A stretch of DNA of 64,000 nt from a virus: positions 1 through 64,000 of IMG/VR virus record IMGVR_UViG_3300047476_002043; one strand, given 5' to 3'. The first letter of the stretch is position 1. Each line of letters starts with the position of its first letter. The notes under the pieces were generated by a model. That model was given only the letters and a program-made list of their open reading frames with translations. It was not told the DNA's origin and ran no database searches. The translations under genes and the position numbers were made by a program. Positions 49,084 to 58,835 of the stretch are shown in pieces.

Positions 49084-49173
49084 TCAATCATCTTCTAGAC
49101 GACCTCGCGTCGCACTTGGTAAGAACTGCTCTTTAGAGCAGGAATGATGGTTCAAATCCGTCTGGTTGATCCG
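49084..49173 (+). ncRNA. tRNA-like element with expanded D loop and 6-nt anticodon loop
   Basis: TCAATCA/TGGTTGA acceptor, GATGG TTCAAAT CCGTC T arm, CTGCT-CTTTAG-AGCAG arm. Confidence 0.6.
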
Positions 49174-49492
49174 TTACAATTTTCAACGGCCTACTCGGAG
49201 CTATGTTCGACATGACCATGACCTCTATGTCGAAAGACAGACGTCGGTGGTGTGCGATTATCTGTGGGTAATAGCTATTATCGATAGCTAGGGCAACCTG
49301 AGAGGCTGACATCAAGCTAGGCTTAAAAATTCTCAGTACAACCTTAGACGGTGCGCAACGTCAACGGATCGATAGTCGATAGCCAGGTTAGTCTGTCATG
49401 AACCCTATTGTTGGCCTACGCTAGCGGTAGAGCGACATCGTCCCAAGATGGTGTACAGGTTAGTGATCATCACCTAGCAAATTCGTCGAAGG

Positions 49493-49530
49493 AACCACCT
49501 AGGCCCCAACGGGCCTAGGTGGTTTTTTTT
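49493..49530 (+). terminator. Intrinsic terminator closing the RNA cluster
   Basis: AACCACCTAGGCCC-CAAC-GGGCCTAGGTGGTT followed by a T tract. Confidence 0.88.
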
Positions 49531-49595
49531 ATTTTATCTTTTCTCCCTATAGTAAGCGTAGCCGCACCAACCAACAAAAAACAAGAGGTAGAATC

Positions 49596-50558
49596 ATGGG
49601 AACAATCCAGCTCAAGAAAGAGAATGATCAGAACGATGGTCTCGTTGCCGACAACATCATCCGTATCAACAAGCCTGCCAACCTTGCTCATTTGGCTATC
49701 GACTGCACCAAGCCTGGTGGCAGCAAAATCTGTAGCACCAACCTCATCGAGCGTAATGTCAAACTGACACACGTTCACTTCCTTGTTGATGATGTTGGAG
49801 AGGACGGAAATAAAACCAAAAGTCTTGCGGCTCAAGAATGGCCGACCAATGCTCGCCTCACCGTTGAGGACATCTCCTCAGGCGATCAAAACATCGTCTC
49901 CTATCGCGGCATCGCCGAAGTCACGGTGCCGGTTTACTACGAGATCACCTTCGTTAAAGTTACGATCGATCTGTGCGTTCGTGTCGACCTCCGTTCCGGA
50001 CATGTTGAGTCTCAGGTGACTGTTGTGGACGGATTCAAAGACATCGAACTCGTTGGGTACACCCTCGATGCATCCTTCACCACCGAAGAAGTTAAATTCA
50101 AGGTCAACGATCCTTTGACAGGCGTTGGCTATCGAGAAATGAATGACCTTCAGAAATTCATCAGTTCACGTGTGCGTGAAATGAATAAAAGGTTGGCGAG
50201 ACTCATCAGAGTCGGCAATGATGGTGATAACATCATTAATGACAACAACACCCTCATCGTCGCATGTGGTCGCCAAGTTGGACATACCACATACATTTAC
50301 AATGTTGCTACAGAAAACGATATCGTCTTCTGCCATAGTGACTTTCTCAAAAACGAGATGATCGGCTGCGGCTGTAAAGCTACAATCGTCGCTAAGGTCA
50401 ATGGTGTTTTCACCATCCCCAAGGAGCTTGCCGATAAAGGATTCACCAACTTCTATGTTGATGGCTTCTCTTCAGCTAAGCTTCCCAATTCGTTTAAGAC
50501 TGATCTGATCGCAGCGTTCAAACCGAAAAAAGACGCCCTCTTCATCTTCCTTGGGTAA
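49596..50558 (+). CDS. Hypothetical protein (degenerate P-loop-like GRQVGHTT near C-terminus)
   Basis: 320 aa with GAGG RBS. Confidence 0.75.
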   Translation: MGTIQLKKENDQNDGLVADNIIRINKPANLAHLAIDCTKPGGSKICSTNLIERNVKLTHVHFLVDDVGEDGNKTKSLAAQEWPTNARLTVEDISSGDQNIVSYRGIAEVTVPVYYEITFVKVTIDLCVRVDLRSGHVESQVTVVDGFKDIELVGYTLDASFTTEEVKFKVNDPLTGVGYREMNDLQKFISSRVREMNKRLARLIRVGNDGDNIINDNNTLIVACGRQVGHTTYIYNVATENDIVFCHSDFLKNEMIGCGCKATIVAKVNGVFTIPKELADKGFTNFYVDGFSSAKLPNSFKTDLIAAFKPKKDALFIFLG

Positions 50559-50655
50559 CCAAGGTTCTACCTCATGGGCACACGCCCATGAGGTAGCAGA
50601 CGATTTTATTTCAGGTGACTGAGCTAGTATATAAACCCTAAAAAGGAACAGTCAA

Positions 50656-51153
50656 ATGAATCCAATCCTTACCAGACACGCCGCCCTCAAGAAAAAGATC
50701 AAGCCTTCTTACGTGAGTCTTTTTCTGACCAATCAAAAAGTTACCCAACCAGAAATCGATACCACCATCAGTCTTCTCGAACATCAAGGTGGGTACGATG
50801 CGCTTGTTGAGCTCGCGCTACATGGACCTATCCCTTACGACGATGGTGTCATCAGCCGCCTGTTCAAAATCCCACTAACTAATCTGACAACAACTACTGT
50901 TGTTAAATCTTCGTCCTCAAAAAAGCTAGTCCTTGCTGAAGGGATAAGCGAACTAGGACTTAAACTTCTTGCCGCACACTACGGCTTCCAGGCTTCAAGG
51001 GGTAATCAGTACCTCAAAGATACACTAGACTACATATTCTGCCTTGATGCCATCAAGCAAGATGAAGAAGCTGGTGATGGCTGCGTCAGATGCGGGGGAC
51101 CTAGTGATGTATGTAAGTTCTGTGGAAAACTCCAGAAGGTAGCACATGCTTAA
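50656..51153 (+). CDS. Hypothetical protein with C-terminal CxxC..CxxC
   Basis: CVRCG...CKFCG. Confidence 0.7.
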   Translation: MNPILTRHAALKKKIKPSYVSLFLTNQKVTQPEIDTTISLLEHQGGYDALVELALHGPIPYDDGVISRLFKIPLTNLTTTTVVKSSSSKKLVLAEGISELGLKLLAAHYGFQASRGNQYLKDTLDYIFCLDAIKQDEEAGDGCVRCGGPSDVCKFCGKLQKVAHA

Positions 51154-51592
51154 GACTATCGATAATGATACAGAAGGATGCCTGCGGAAGGTATCTCAAC
51201 CCATCGTCTTCGATGATACATCAGCTGAGTTCCTTGAACGTCTTGTCAAGGTTATGATGAAGACGGTTATTGATTCTGGAGGCATCGGCTTAGCCGCTCC
51301 ACAGGTTGGTATCTCCAAACGCGTTATCATCATCAAGCGAAGAGCACACAGCGACTTCTTGGTTATGATCAATCCCAGCATAATCAGACGAGTAGGCAAA
51401 TTGGTAGCCTGCGAAGAAGGCTGTCTCAGCGTTCCCGGAAAAGCTGTGCTCAAAAAGAGACATGCATCTGTCCTGGTTGCCTATCAAACTGTTGATGGCA
51501 AACATCTGACTAAAACCTTCGATAACGTTGACGCCCGATGCGTTCAACACGAGATCGACCACTTAGATGGCGTTCTCATATCGGATGAGTAA
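51146..51592 (+). CDS. def: Peptide deformylase
   Basis: All three motifs present: GIGLAAPQ, EGCLS and QHEIDH. Confidence 0.96.
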   Translation: MLKTIDNDTEGCLRKVSQPIVFDDTSAEFLERLVKVMMKTVIDSGGIGLAAPQVGISKRVIIIKRRAHSDFLVMINPSIIRRVGKLVACEEGCLSVPGKAVLKKRHASVLVAYQTVDGKHLTKTFDNVDARCVQHEIDHLDGVLISDE

Positions 51593-51619
51593 AAACAAAA
51601 AAAACAAACACGAGGATTT

Positions 51620-52804
51620 ATGGAACAAGAAATTCACACAACTAGCGCCGACCTCACCATCAAAATTGATTTCATCAACACCATGATGGAAGTTTCGGGG
51701 AAATTCAAAGGCAATGAGAAACTTGCGCACCACGCAGCCAAGATCTTACGTAAGGTCATCTTTGCACACAAAGAAAGAAGCCTCAGTGAGAATGAAGGGT
51801 TTATCACTACAACCATCGAATACCTCACCGGTAAGATCGGCAACAATAGAGTTACTCACTACGCCTTCTCAAATGGAGTTTGTGAGCGCTTTGGTATCAC
51901 CCCATCCGACACTCCTGAAGTTGTCAAACGCGCGGAAGGTTCTGAACGCAAAGAACTTATCATCACACTCAGAGAGCGAGAGCTGAGCTTTGTTTCCTTC
52001 ACTAAAGACTGTCTGAAACTGGCCGAATTGGCAGCAGATCTCTGGCTAGATTTTGTCTACCTAAACTCTAATAGTAATTTCAACCCTCGCAAAGACTCCA
52101 ACCAGCATAAGCTCAACTTCGAGTCTCAGTTGCAGGCCTTTACCAACGTAGATGGTAGGACTCTGACAACCCATCTCGTACACAAGGCCGCCGGTAGATT
52201 AGGTCTTATTCAGAATGAAAAACTCAATGTCAAAATAGACTTCCGCTCGAAGAGCATGGATATTTCTGGCGAGTTCCATCATGACGAAAAGATGTCTAGA
52301 CTTGCTGCTACCATCCTCAAAATTGTCATGTTTGGTCATAACGATATGAACCAAGAAGAGACCGATGAATTTTACGCAAAAAATATCGAGTACTTCATGC
52401 ATAAGCTGAAAAGTGGGTATAGGGCAACTTATGTCTTCCACCACGCTGCTCTCACAAGATTCAACATCCCCATGACTTCTGAACAATCGATGGATCAAAT
52501 CATTAGTGAGAAATTCAATCCCAACGGTGGTAGACAAGATATCACCATTCGGATCAATGAAGATGGGACTATGGCGTTTGAGAGTTTCATTCGCGACAAC
52601 ATCTATCTTGCCTACATCGGTGCAGCGATTTGGGAAGCCATCGAGATCGATCTTGGAATCTACGATCACGCCTGCAACAAAGAGGCCTACATTTGTGGAC
52701 TTGTTGAAAAGTTTGCAACCGGTAGTCGGGCTACTATCAATCCTAGCTTCGAGCACTACTCCAAAATGACCACCGCAACTCCGAGGATCAAGTGTGCGGA
52801 TTGA
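51620..52804 (+). CDS. Hypothetical protein with internal domain duplication
   Basis: LTIKIDF..MEVSGKF..EKLAHHAAKIL..VIFAH versus LNVKIDF..MDISGEF..EKMSRLAATIL..VMFGH. Confidence 0.8.
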   Translation: MEQEIHTTSADLTIKIDFINTMMEVSGKFKGNEKLAHHAAKILRKVIFAHKERSLSENEGFITTTIEYLTGKIGNNRVTHYAFSNGVCERFGITPSDTPEVVKRAEGSERKELIITLRERELSFVSFTKDCLKLAELAADLWLDFVYLNSNSNFNPRKDSNQHKLNFESQLQAFTNVDGRTLTTHLVHKAAGRLGLIQNEKLNVKIDFRSKSMDISGEFHHDEKMSRLAATILKIVMFGHNDMNQEETDEFYAKNIEYFMHKLKSGYRATYVFHHAALTRFNIPMTSEQSMDQIISEKFNPNGGRQDITIRINEDGTMAFESFIRDNIYLAYIGAAIWEAIEIDLGIYDHACNKEAYICGLVEKFATGSRATINPSFEHYSKMTTATPRIKCAD

Positions 52805-53015
52805 TGTAGGAGAGCTCAGAGTCTTGCTAGCAAGACTCAAGAGTCTAAATTCTGTCTCACTTGATCAGATCGAGTGGGTTGAGAACGATGTTCTAATAGA
52901 AGTTGACAAGAAGGATATCGATGGGTGGAAGTACATTGGTCTTAGTAACCAATACTTCTTCACGGACTTCCTTGAGCCAGAACTTCTCAAACGAGCTAAA
53001 CAGATTAAGTCTTAG
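52794..53015 (+). CDS. Small hypothetical protein
   Basis: 73 aa with GAGGA RBS. Confidence 0.6.
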   Translation: MRIDVGELRVLLARLKSLNSVSLDQIEWVENDVLIEVDKKDIDGWKYIGLSNQYFFTDFLEPELLKRAKQIKS

Positions 53016-53242
53016 TTTGGTTTACCATAATAAGCGAGAAGAATCTTGCTGATGAGCTAATCCCTTGTCGAGCTGCTTCATAAGATGCAGAATCAAATAG
53101 GGCAACCTAGTACTAGAAGTAGTGCGAAGTCTATCCGACTCAAGATGAGCTGGATAGTGACATCAGATACATTGCTGGTAACCAGGATATCGTCCTTAAG
53201 GACTGATCCTACTTCCTGACTGAGAAAAAACTTAAGTCTGAT

Positions 53243-53292
53243 AACCACCACCTGCTACCTTGCGGTAGCAGGTGGTGGTTGTTTTTTTTTTG
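53243..53292. terminator. Terminator between convergent blocks
   Basis: AACCACCACCTGCTACC-TTGC-GGTAGCAGGTGGTGGTT followed by a T tract. Confidence 0.88.
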
Positions 53293-53351
53293 TTGCTTAA
53301 GCGATATTGTAGGCGCGCGCTCGATGTGAACCCATGAGAGGTTCTCCTTTC

Positions 53352-53672
53352 TTATTTCGTTGAGTTTATAGGTCCTGCATCCTGTAGAGATGTGATATCA
53401 ATGCAAGCGTCACTGTGTGGTGCAGGAGGATTTTTGATATCGCTGGCCCATCTGGTAAAGACGACTTCGATGTTGGTAGGTTTGCCCTTTACTTCATACT
53501 CGAGCTTCTTGATCGATGGTACCTTGTCGGTCTTCTCAGTAAGATTAACGTTGCCGATAGATACCGGATAGATCTCTTTAGGACCTGGACCCATCGCTTT
53601 AATCGCCTCATTGACGAATGCTTTATCAAGTTTCATCCCACGGAAGCGGTTTCTTAATTCTTGGTATTTCAT
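53352..53672 (-). CDS. Hypothetical protein
   Basis: 106 aa. Confidence 0.6.
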   Translation of the reverse strand: MKYQELRNRFRGMKLDKAFVNEAIKAMGPGPKEIYPVSIGNVNLTEKTDKVPSIKKLEYEVKGKPTNIEVVFTRWASDIKNPPAPHSDACIDITSLQDAGPINSTK

Positions 53673-54475
53673 TTTGGTTCCTCGCGTTTCGATTGGTTGA
53701 TGTTGTGAAGTTTGACGATGAGGTCGAAGGTCTCTTCCTCCGTCATTTTGAAATCCAATGTCGCCAATCTTTCATGTTCCTTACGCCTAGTGAGCGCAGG
53801 ACTGTCGAAGAATGGCAAGAGTGACTTATCGCGCACCGAAATTCGAACAGAAATTGAAGGGTTGATGTTGGTAAGCGAGAACGTCCTGCGACATAGAACA
53901 CCAATCTTAAGATCCTTGAAGTAAGGTTTCCAGAATGAAGTTATCTCCATTCGTGGATTAAGAAGGAATGTCACCCTGTCGTCGAATTTAGATCCGATAG
54001 CCCTGGCATATGTGAATGCTGGACCGAGCCACTCAGGAAGAGTAAGTATGGTTTCGATATACTTAACAATCTCAGTTGTGGTATAGCTTACCTTCTTGTC
54101 CGGGCTATCTTCAGGGGCAGAATCTGATTCGTTAAAGTGAACCCACTTCCCGGTACCAAGATTGCACGCAACTATGTGATCGCCGGTGATCGCATATGGA
54201 TAGAGCTTTTTCGCTTCTCTTGGGACAGTATACGAGAAAGCGAAATCCGACACGTAGGTCACCTTAACTACAAGCGCTACATCGAAGGTGGAGGTAAATG
54301 CTACGATGGCGTTAACCGCCAGTTTGTCGGCAATGCGCTTGAACATTTCGTCAAATTCGTTCAGGATGAGTTTCATCTGAGGAGGCACATTCTCCTTTTC
54401 CAAGTCGTAGGATCCGGAAGCGATTCTGTGAGCCTCAATGTAAAACGTCTTGTGAAGTGAGTATCCTTGTTGCAT
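53669..54475 (-). CDS. Hypothetical protein
   Basis: 268 aa with AAGGA RBS. Confidence 0.75.
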   Translation of the reverse strand: MQQGYSLHKTFYIEAHRIASGSYDLEKENVPPQMKLILNEFDEMFKRIADKLAVNAIVAFTSTFDVALVVKVTYVSDFAFSYTVPREAKKLYPYAITGDHIVACNLGTGKWVHFNESDSAPEDSPDKKVSYTTTEIVKYIETILTLPEWLGPAFTYARAIGSKFDDRVTFLLNPRMEITSFWKPYFKDLKIGVLCRRTFSLTNINPSISVRISVRDKSLLPFFDSPALTRRKEHERLATLDFKMTEEETFDLIVKLHNINQSKREEPK

Positions 54476-54580
54476 CTGGTGTTCCTTTCTCTTTTCGGCT
54501 ACGCGGTAAATGTTGCTCGCCGTTTTGTTTTGATTGATCCATTTTGATTAGGCTAGGACGGATCTTAAACCTAGCATCAA

Positions 54581-54781
54581 TTATTTTTGCCGGTCGTCCT
54601 GCGTGAAGCGCTCATGGCTACATTTATCACAGAGAAGAAGACCAGGTAAACCTTTTAGAGGACCGGTTCGTCCGCATCCATCACAAGATCCCAGACCCTT
54701 TTCCAACTTACGACCTGAGACGTTTATGGGATCAGGGCGGATTCCAACCAAGCTCAGGAATTTTGAGAGTAAGCCGCTCAT
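54581..54781 (-). CDS. Small zinc-ribbon protein
   Basis: CDGC...CDKC. Confidence 0.6.
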   Translation of the reverse strand: MSGLLSKFLSLVGIRPDPINVSGRKLEKGLGSCDGCGRTGPLKGLPGLLLCDKCSHERFTQDDRQK

Positions 54782-55161
54782 GGTTTGTTCTCGGTGTCCA
54801 ATTCTTTCTCATCATGAATATAACTATCCTTCGATGAGAAGACTTCCACGCTAGAGTTTACATGTCCACATGGGGCGGCCATGAGGAGTGCGCGTTCTTC
54901 GCCGCAGTGGATGATAACCTTGTCGAAGTCGCTGTCAGTGGTGATGTTGGTTATCGTCTTACCAACAAGACGTCGCTTCAAATCCTTCAAGTTTTCTTCA
55001 GTGCTCATTTGTGATTTTCCTTTTTCGGTTGAGTGAAGTCTTATCGCGGTATGATGAGCGGATCTCTTTTCCATACCAAGGAAGGCGAGGGATAGAGAAA
55101 CTCCCGCGATCATCCCGCCGATAAGTATTTTTTTACTGAGTCGATCATAGTAGTCTTGCAT
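54778..55161 (-). CDS. Hypothetical protein with N-terminal TM segment
   Basis: 127 aa. Confidence 0.55.
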   Translation of the reverse strand: MQDYYDRLSKKILIGGMIAGVSLSLAFLGMEKRSAHHTAIRLHSTEKGKSQMSTEENLKDLKRRLVGKTITNITTDSDFDKVIIHCGEERALLMAAPCGHVNSSVEVFSSKDSYIHDEKELDTENKP

Positions 55162-55725
55162 TTAACTTCTCGCGGATTTCAATTTCTTGTGGGTTGATGG
55201 CTGCGCCCTGACAAGTGCATCGGGCGTAGCCAGTTTCTTGGCAACAAAATCATGAAGACCAGCACTGAACTGATGTAGGTATTTCATTCTTTGTTGCAAG
55301 ATATTTTCAGGACCAGACTTAAGTCCTTCAAGATGCGTGATCAGTTCGTAAATGATCACGTGTTCTCGTGTGGTCAAACACGTGCATTCCGGATCTTTTG
55401 GATTGAACACCAGAGCCGCCGACATGACGAGATGCGGGTAAGTCATAAGCTTAGTCGGTCGCGACTTTTTAAGCATTTCATCTGTCCTCACGAGAACGTT
55501 ACCGGCAAAGGTTCTCTGATTGTCGATCTCGCGATTTAGACGATTGATCCTTGATGCAGCGATGTTGCCGACGTTAGTAAGTACCTTGTTGAGAAGTTCG
55601 TCATCATTGGATTTGAGAAGGAATGCAACTAGTCCTGAGCGGAAAGCCTCCTTCTCAGACTCACGACAAGAATCGTTGAGTGTATTGATAGCATCGAGAA
55701 AATCATTAGCTGTGCGTTGACTCAT
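55162..55725 (-). CDS. Hypothetical protein
   Basis: 187 aa with AAGGAG RBS. Confidence 0.7.
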   Translation of the reverse strand: MSQRTANDFLDAINTLNDSCRESEKEAFRSGLVAFLLKSNDDELLNKVLTNVGNIAASRINRLNREIDNQRTFAGNVLVRTDEMLKKSRPTKLMTYPHLVMSAALVFNPKDPECTCLTTREHVIIYELITHLEGLKSGPENILQQRMKYLHQFSAGLHDFVAKKLATPDALVRAQPSTHKKLKSARS

Positions 55726-55742
55726 ATCGAAGCTCCTTGTTA

Positions 55743-56375
55743 TTACTCTTGTTCGATTGGGTCGTAAACCGTCACGGTCACTTGACGAGGTTTAACGGGT
55801 TTGAGCTCGACGAGATTGGAGCAATTAGCGAAATCTCCATTGCGGCAGGAAGCTTCGTAGAGATTACCTTGAGTATCTTTCAGTATGAACTTAGAGCAGT
55901 CTTCAAGGTCGGAATCGACAGGCAACTCCGTAACTACACAGTCGTAGTTGTACCCAACAAAGGGGATATCAGGATTGAGCGTGATTCCAAAGAAACGCTC
56001 AAATTCGGCTTTGTGAATAAGTACCTGACGCTTGCTAAGATTCGCGAAGCGAAAGTGAACTTCGGTAACATTGCTTAACACTTCACACATTTTTGCAGTG
56101 ATGTGCTTTGCTACGTCGAAGGAAATCTCAGGACATTCGAACCTCAGAGTGAGGTAGAGAGACTCGACTAACGAATCTAAGCACGCGCGCAAATTGACCG
56201 TTGCGGTGAATTGCTCGACTGATCTAGATTCTAGCGTTGCACGGCGCTCGAGCCATCTGATCTTGTAGGCGTCGCAGACACTGGATAAAAGTGCTGCATT
56301 GCTGTTTCTGCGACTAACGTCGAGAGTGAATGTGAATGTCTTATCACCTTCGACCAAATTGAATTCTTGCTTCAT
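55743..56375 (-). CDS. Hypothetical protein
   Basis: 210 aa with GGAGG RBS. Confidence 0.75.
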   Translation of the reverse strand: MKQEFNLVEGDKTFTFTLDVSRRNSNAALLSSVCDAYKIRWLERRATLESRSVEQFTATVNLRACLDSLVESLYLTLRFECPEISFDVAKHITAKMCEVLSNVTEVHFRFANLSKRQVLIHKAEFERFFGITLNPDIPFVGYNYDCVVTELPVDSDLEDCSKFILKDTQGNLYEASCRNGDFANCSNLVELKPVKPRQVTVTVYDPIEQE

Positions 56376-57031
56376 CGAGCACCTCCGGGTTTGTTGGTTT
56401 CTTCTGGTGAGGTCTGTACGAATTCGTACGTCACTCGTCTTACGTAGCGATAGAATCTAATGATGCCGTGATCTGAGTCCAACCCACAAGTTGTTCCTTC
56501 TGTCTTTAGGTAGACGTCGTTGAATGTATCGTAAGGAAGGTACACTTCCCCGTCAGAGAACGTTGCGTTGCCGTTCATGATCAGATCGCGGACATTCTTA
56601 GTCCCTTCATCCGTTCTTCCTGGGAACAGGAGGTGGAGATGGTCTTCATGAATCGGTATGAAGCTACCATGGAACATGTTGAACATCAGTCTGCCGCCAG
56701 AGGCTTTGTTTAGAAACATATCCGTTGAAGTACCAATCTGTCGCAGCTCAGCTAGCAAGTTTGGACTAAATATGTGGTTATCGACCAGTAAGCGGAACAG
56801 CTGAGCCGAAGCGGTCCTCCTGATTTGAGTTGACTCATAACCAGCTATCATTAGATCCTTACACTTGTGCAAGGTGATGTTCAGATCATCTATGTATCTA
56901 ACGATAGTTGGATTCGGGATATGGTTCCGAGTATTGACAAGCCTGAGGAACTGATTGCTCCCATCGTCTGCTTGAAGATTGAGCTCTAGCACATCGATGT
57001 CTGCATCGATTTCTCCTAAGAAAATTTGCAT
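56372..57031 (-). CDS. Hypothetical protein
   Basis: 219 aa. Confidence 0.75.
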   Translation of the reverse strand: MQIFLGEIDADIDVLELNLQADDGSNQFLRLVNTRNHIPNPTIVRYIDDLNITLHKCKDLMIAGYESTQIRRTASAQLFRLLVDNHIFSPNLLAELRQIGTSTDMFLNKASGGRLMFNMFHGSFIPIHEDHLHLLFPGRTDEGTKNVRDLIMNGNATFSDGEVYLPYDTFNDVYLKTEGTTCGLDSDHGIIRFYRYVRRVTYEFVQTSPEETNKPGGAR

Positions 57032-57057
57032 GAGTTATCTCCATTTTTTGATTGACA

Positions 57058-57675
57058 TCAATCCGTGATGATAACGGAAGTGAGGATGAGCGATGAATCG
57101 TTGTAGAAGATGAACGGAGAGATTACGCTGTTATGATCCGTGCTGTACTCATGATCTTTCATTGTTTCTAGATTACAGACCGAGCCAACAGGGAAAGATC
57201 CACGAAGGATCGCAACATTACCGATTTCTTTCTTGATCATATCAGCATGCCGATCGATCTCAATCAAGAATGCTGGATCACAATGTAGAATACCGAGCAA
57301 GTAAAATTGACGATTTGGGATATTAATTTCCATCCTCGCCTTCGCTTGCTCAATGAGCTTGTCGACATGGCTTAAAAGCTCCTGCTTGAATGATTTAAAC
57401 ATGTTAGACTCCTCCGGCTCGGCAACTGCCATATTCGCAATGAGAAGTTTGATGTCATCCGAAGGAACGGGGTTTAGGAATTTAATGTCCATCACGCGAA
57501 TCGTTTGTGGGCTACTTAGGTCGCAACAGGAGAATTCGATTCTCCCATTATTGATAATAATCGATCGTTCGCGATCCAAGAATCTGTTCAGTTTGACGTC
57601 GTTAAAGTTTAGCCACTCTTGAAGGACTTTCTTTCCTGCGTCATTGAGGATTGAATTTAACTTAGGCATGATCAT
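57058..57675 (-). CDS. Hypothetical protein
   Basis: 205 aa. Confidence 0.7.
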   Translation of the reverse strand: MIMPKLNSILNDAGKKVLQEWLNFNDVKLNRFLDRERSIIINNGRIEFSCCDLSSPQTIRVMDIKFLNPVPSDDIKLLIANMAVAEPEESNMFKSFKQELLSHVDKLIEQAKARMEINIPNRQFYLLGILHCDPAFLIEIDRHADMIKKEIGNVAILRGSFPVGSVCNLETMKDHEYSTDHNSVISPFIFYNDSSLILTSVIITD

Positions 57676-58193
57676 TCCTCCTCATTTTCTTCAAGTGAAT
57701 CTTCCTCGACCGGTTCACCGATAGCAATCGTCGTCTTGGTGTCGATGAAGACCGCCGGTGTAATTGTCACACAACAGAAGGTTCCGTTGGTTTCAGCGAA
57801 GACGCTAAAATTGTCTTGCCAATTCTCTTCAGTGCTATCCTTCTCGATGCCGATAGAAAGAGTAACGATCTCTCCAGAATCGCCAGATAGAAGGAAATCC
57901 CACGTGAGATTTCTCTCTCCTCCAGAAATCGCCGAAGAATCGATCTCGTCGAAATTGAAGATCTCGCAACTAGCGACAACACCATGATCATCGGCGTTGA
58001 CTCGGAAGTCGTAAATATCAAGTTCGATAGGAAGAAGATGAGATACATCTTCAGTCATGGTAAAGACAAATTTGGCAACGAAATTGAAACCTTTGAATTC
58101 GAACGGAGCAGACGTAACTGAGATTTTCTTCATGATGATTTCCTTGGTTGGTTTTGCGAGGGCAATAAAGTAATATATACTCATTATGATCAT
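57672..58193 (-). CDS. Acidic hypothetical protein (start likely MKKISV)
   Basis: TATATTAC at 58170-58177 and an AAGGA RBS favour the later start. Confidence 0.7.
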   Translation of the reverse strand: MIIMSIYYFIALAKPTKEIIMKKISVTSAPFEFKGFNFVAKFVFTMTEDVSHLLPIELDIYDFRVNADDHGVVASCEIFNFDEIDSSAISGGERNLTWDFLLSGDSGEIVTLSIGIEKDSTEENWQDNFSVFAETNGTFCCVTITPAVFIDTKTTIAIGEPVEEDSLEENEEE

Positions 58194-58196
58194 GAG

Positions 58197-58778
58197 TTGA
58201 TTCTAAGAAATAAGTCCACCAACTCCATATTAAAACATTCAACCGCTCAGGAGAATAACATGAGTAAAAGAGTCACGTTAGCTAAATCAAACGATAACAA
58301 GAACCTTCTCCTTGAAGATAACATCATCATTAGTCAAAAAGACACGATGATCAACTTGCATCTTCTAGTGAATCCGGATAGTGCTTTTGATAAGGACAAG
58401 CCAAAGATCTGCATAAAGAACACGAGGCCGCGTGGGGTTATTGTGGCTTTTGATGTTATTAGAGGTGAGGAAAAAGAGAAAGAGGAGCTACGATTGGCGA
58501 TCGAGTTGAAGGAGTATGAGGTTATGCTTCTTCCGGCAAACTGCTCCACTTATAAGTGTGCCACTTATACACTTGGTCCTAACGCAAGCATTGTTACGGC
58601 CTTTGGGTTCATTAAGATCACGGGTATCTTTACTCTGTTGCTCGATGAGAATTCTGGCATACTCACTGTCAAGATTGACGACAATGCGTGGATTGGCGGT
58701 AACTTACTTGGCGAACCGGTTAAGCGCGGGAAGATAAAGACGTTAGGCTTCATCTTTGATCTTTGGTACGAAGACTAA
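58197..58778 (+). CDS. Hypothetical protein (start likely MSKRV)
   Basis: AGGAG RBS before the ATG at 58260; terminator at 58800-58831. Confidence 0.7.
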   Translation: MILRNKSTNSILKHSTAQENNMSKRVTLAKSNDNKNLLLEDNIIISQKDTMINLHLLVNPDSAFDKDKPKICIKNTRPRGVIVAFDVIRGEEKEKEELRLAIELKEYEVMLLPANCSTYKCATYTLGPNASIVTAFGFIKITGIFTLLLDENSGILTVKIDDNAWIGGNLLGEPVKRGKIKTLGFIFDLWYED

Positions 58779-58835
58779 AAAAAGATTTGAGCAAAGAACC
58801 CCAAGTAGACGGCGTACGCCGTCTACTTGGGATAT

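Noticed and set aside
49410-49470. Additional tRNA
   Set aside because: D-arm-like and anticodon-like hairpins are present, but there is no T arm or acceptor stem.
53049-53056. CTGATGAG hammerhead ribozyme core
   Set aside because: No correctly placed GAAA after a stem II and no matching cleavage triplet architecture.
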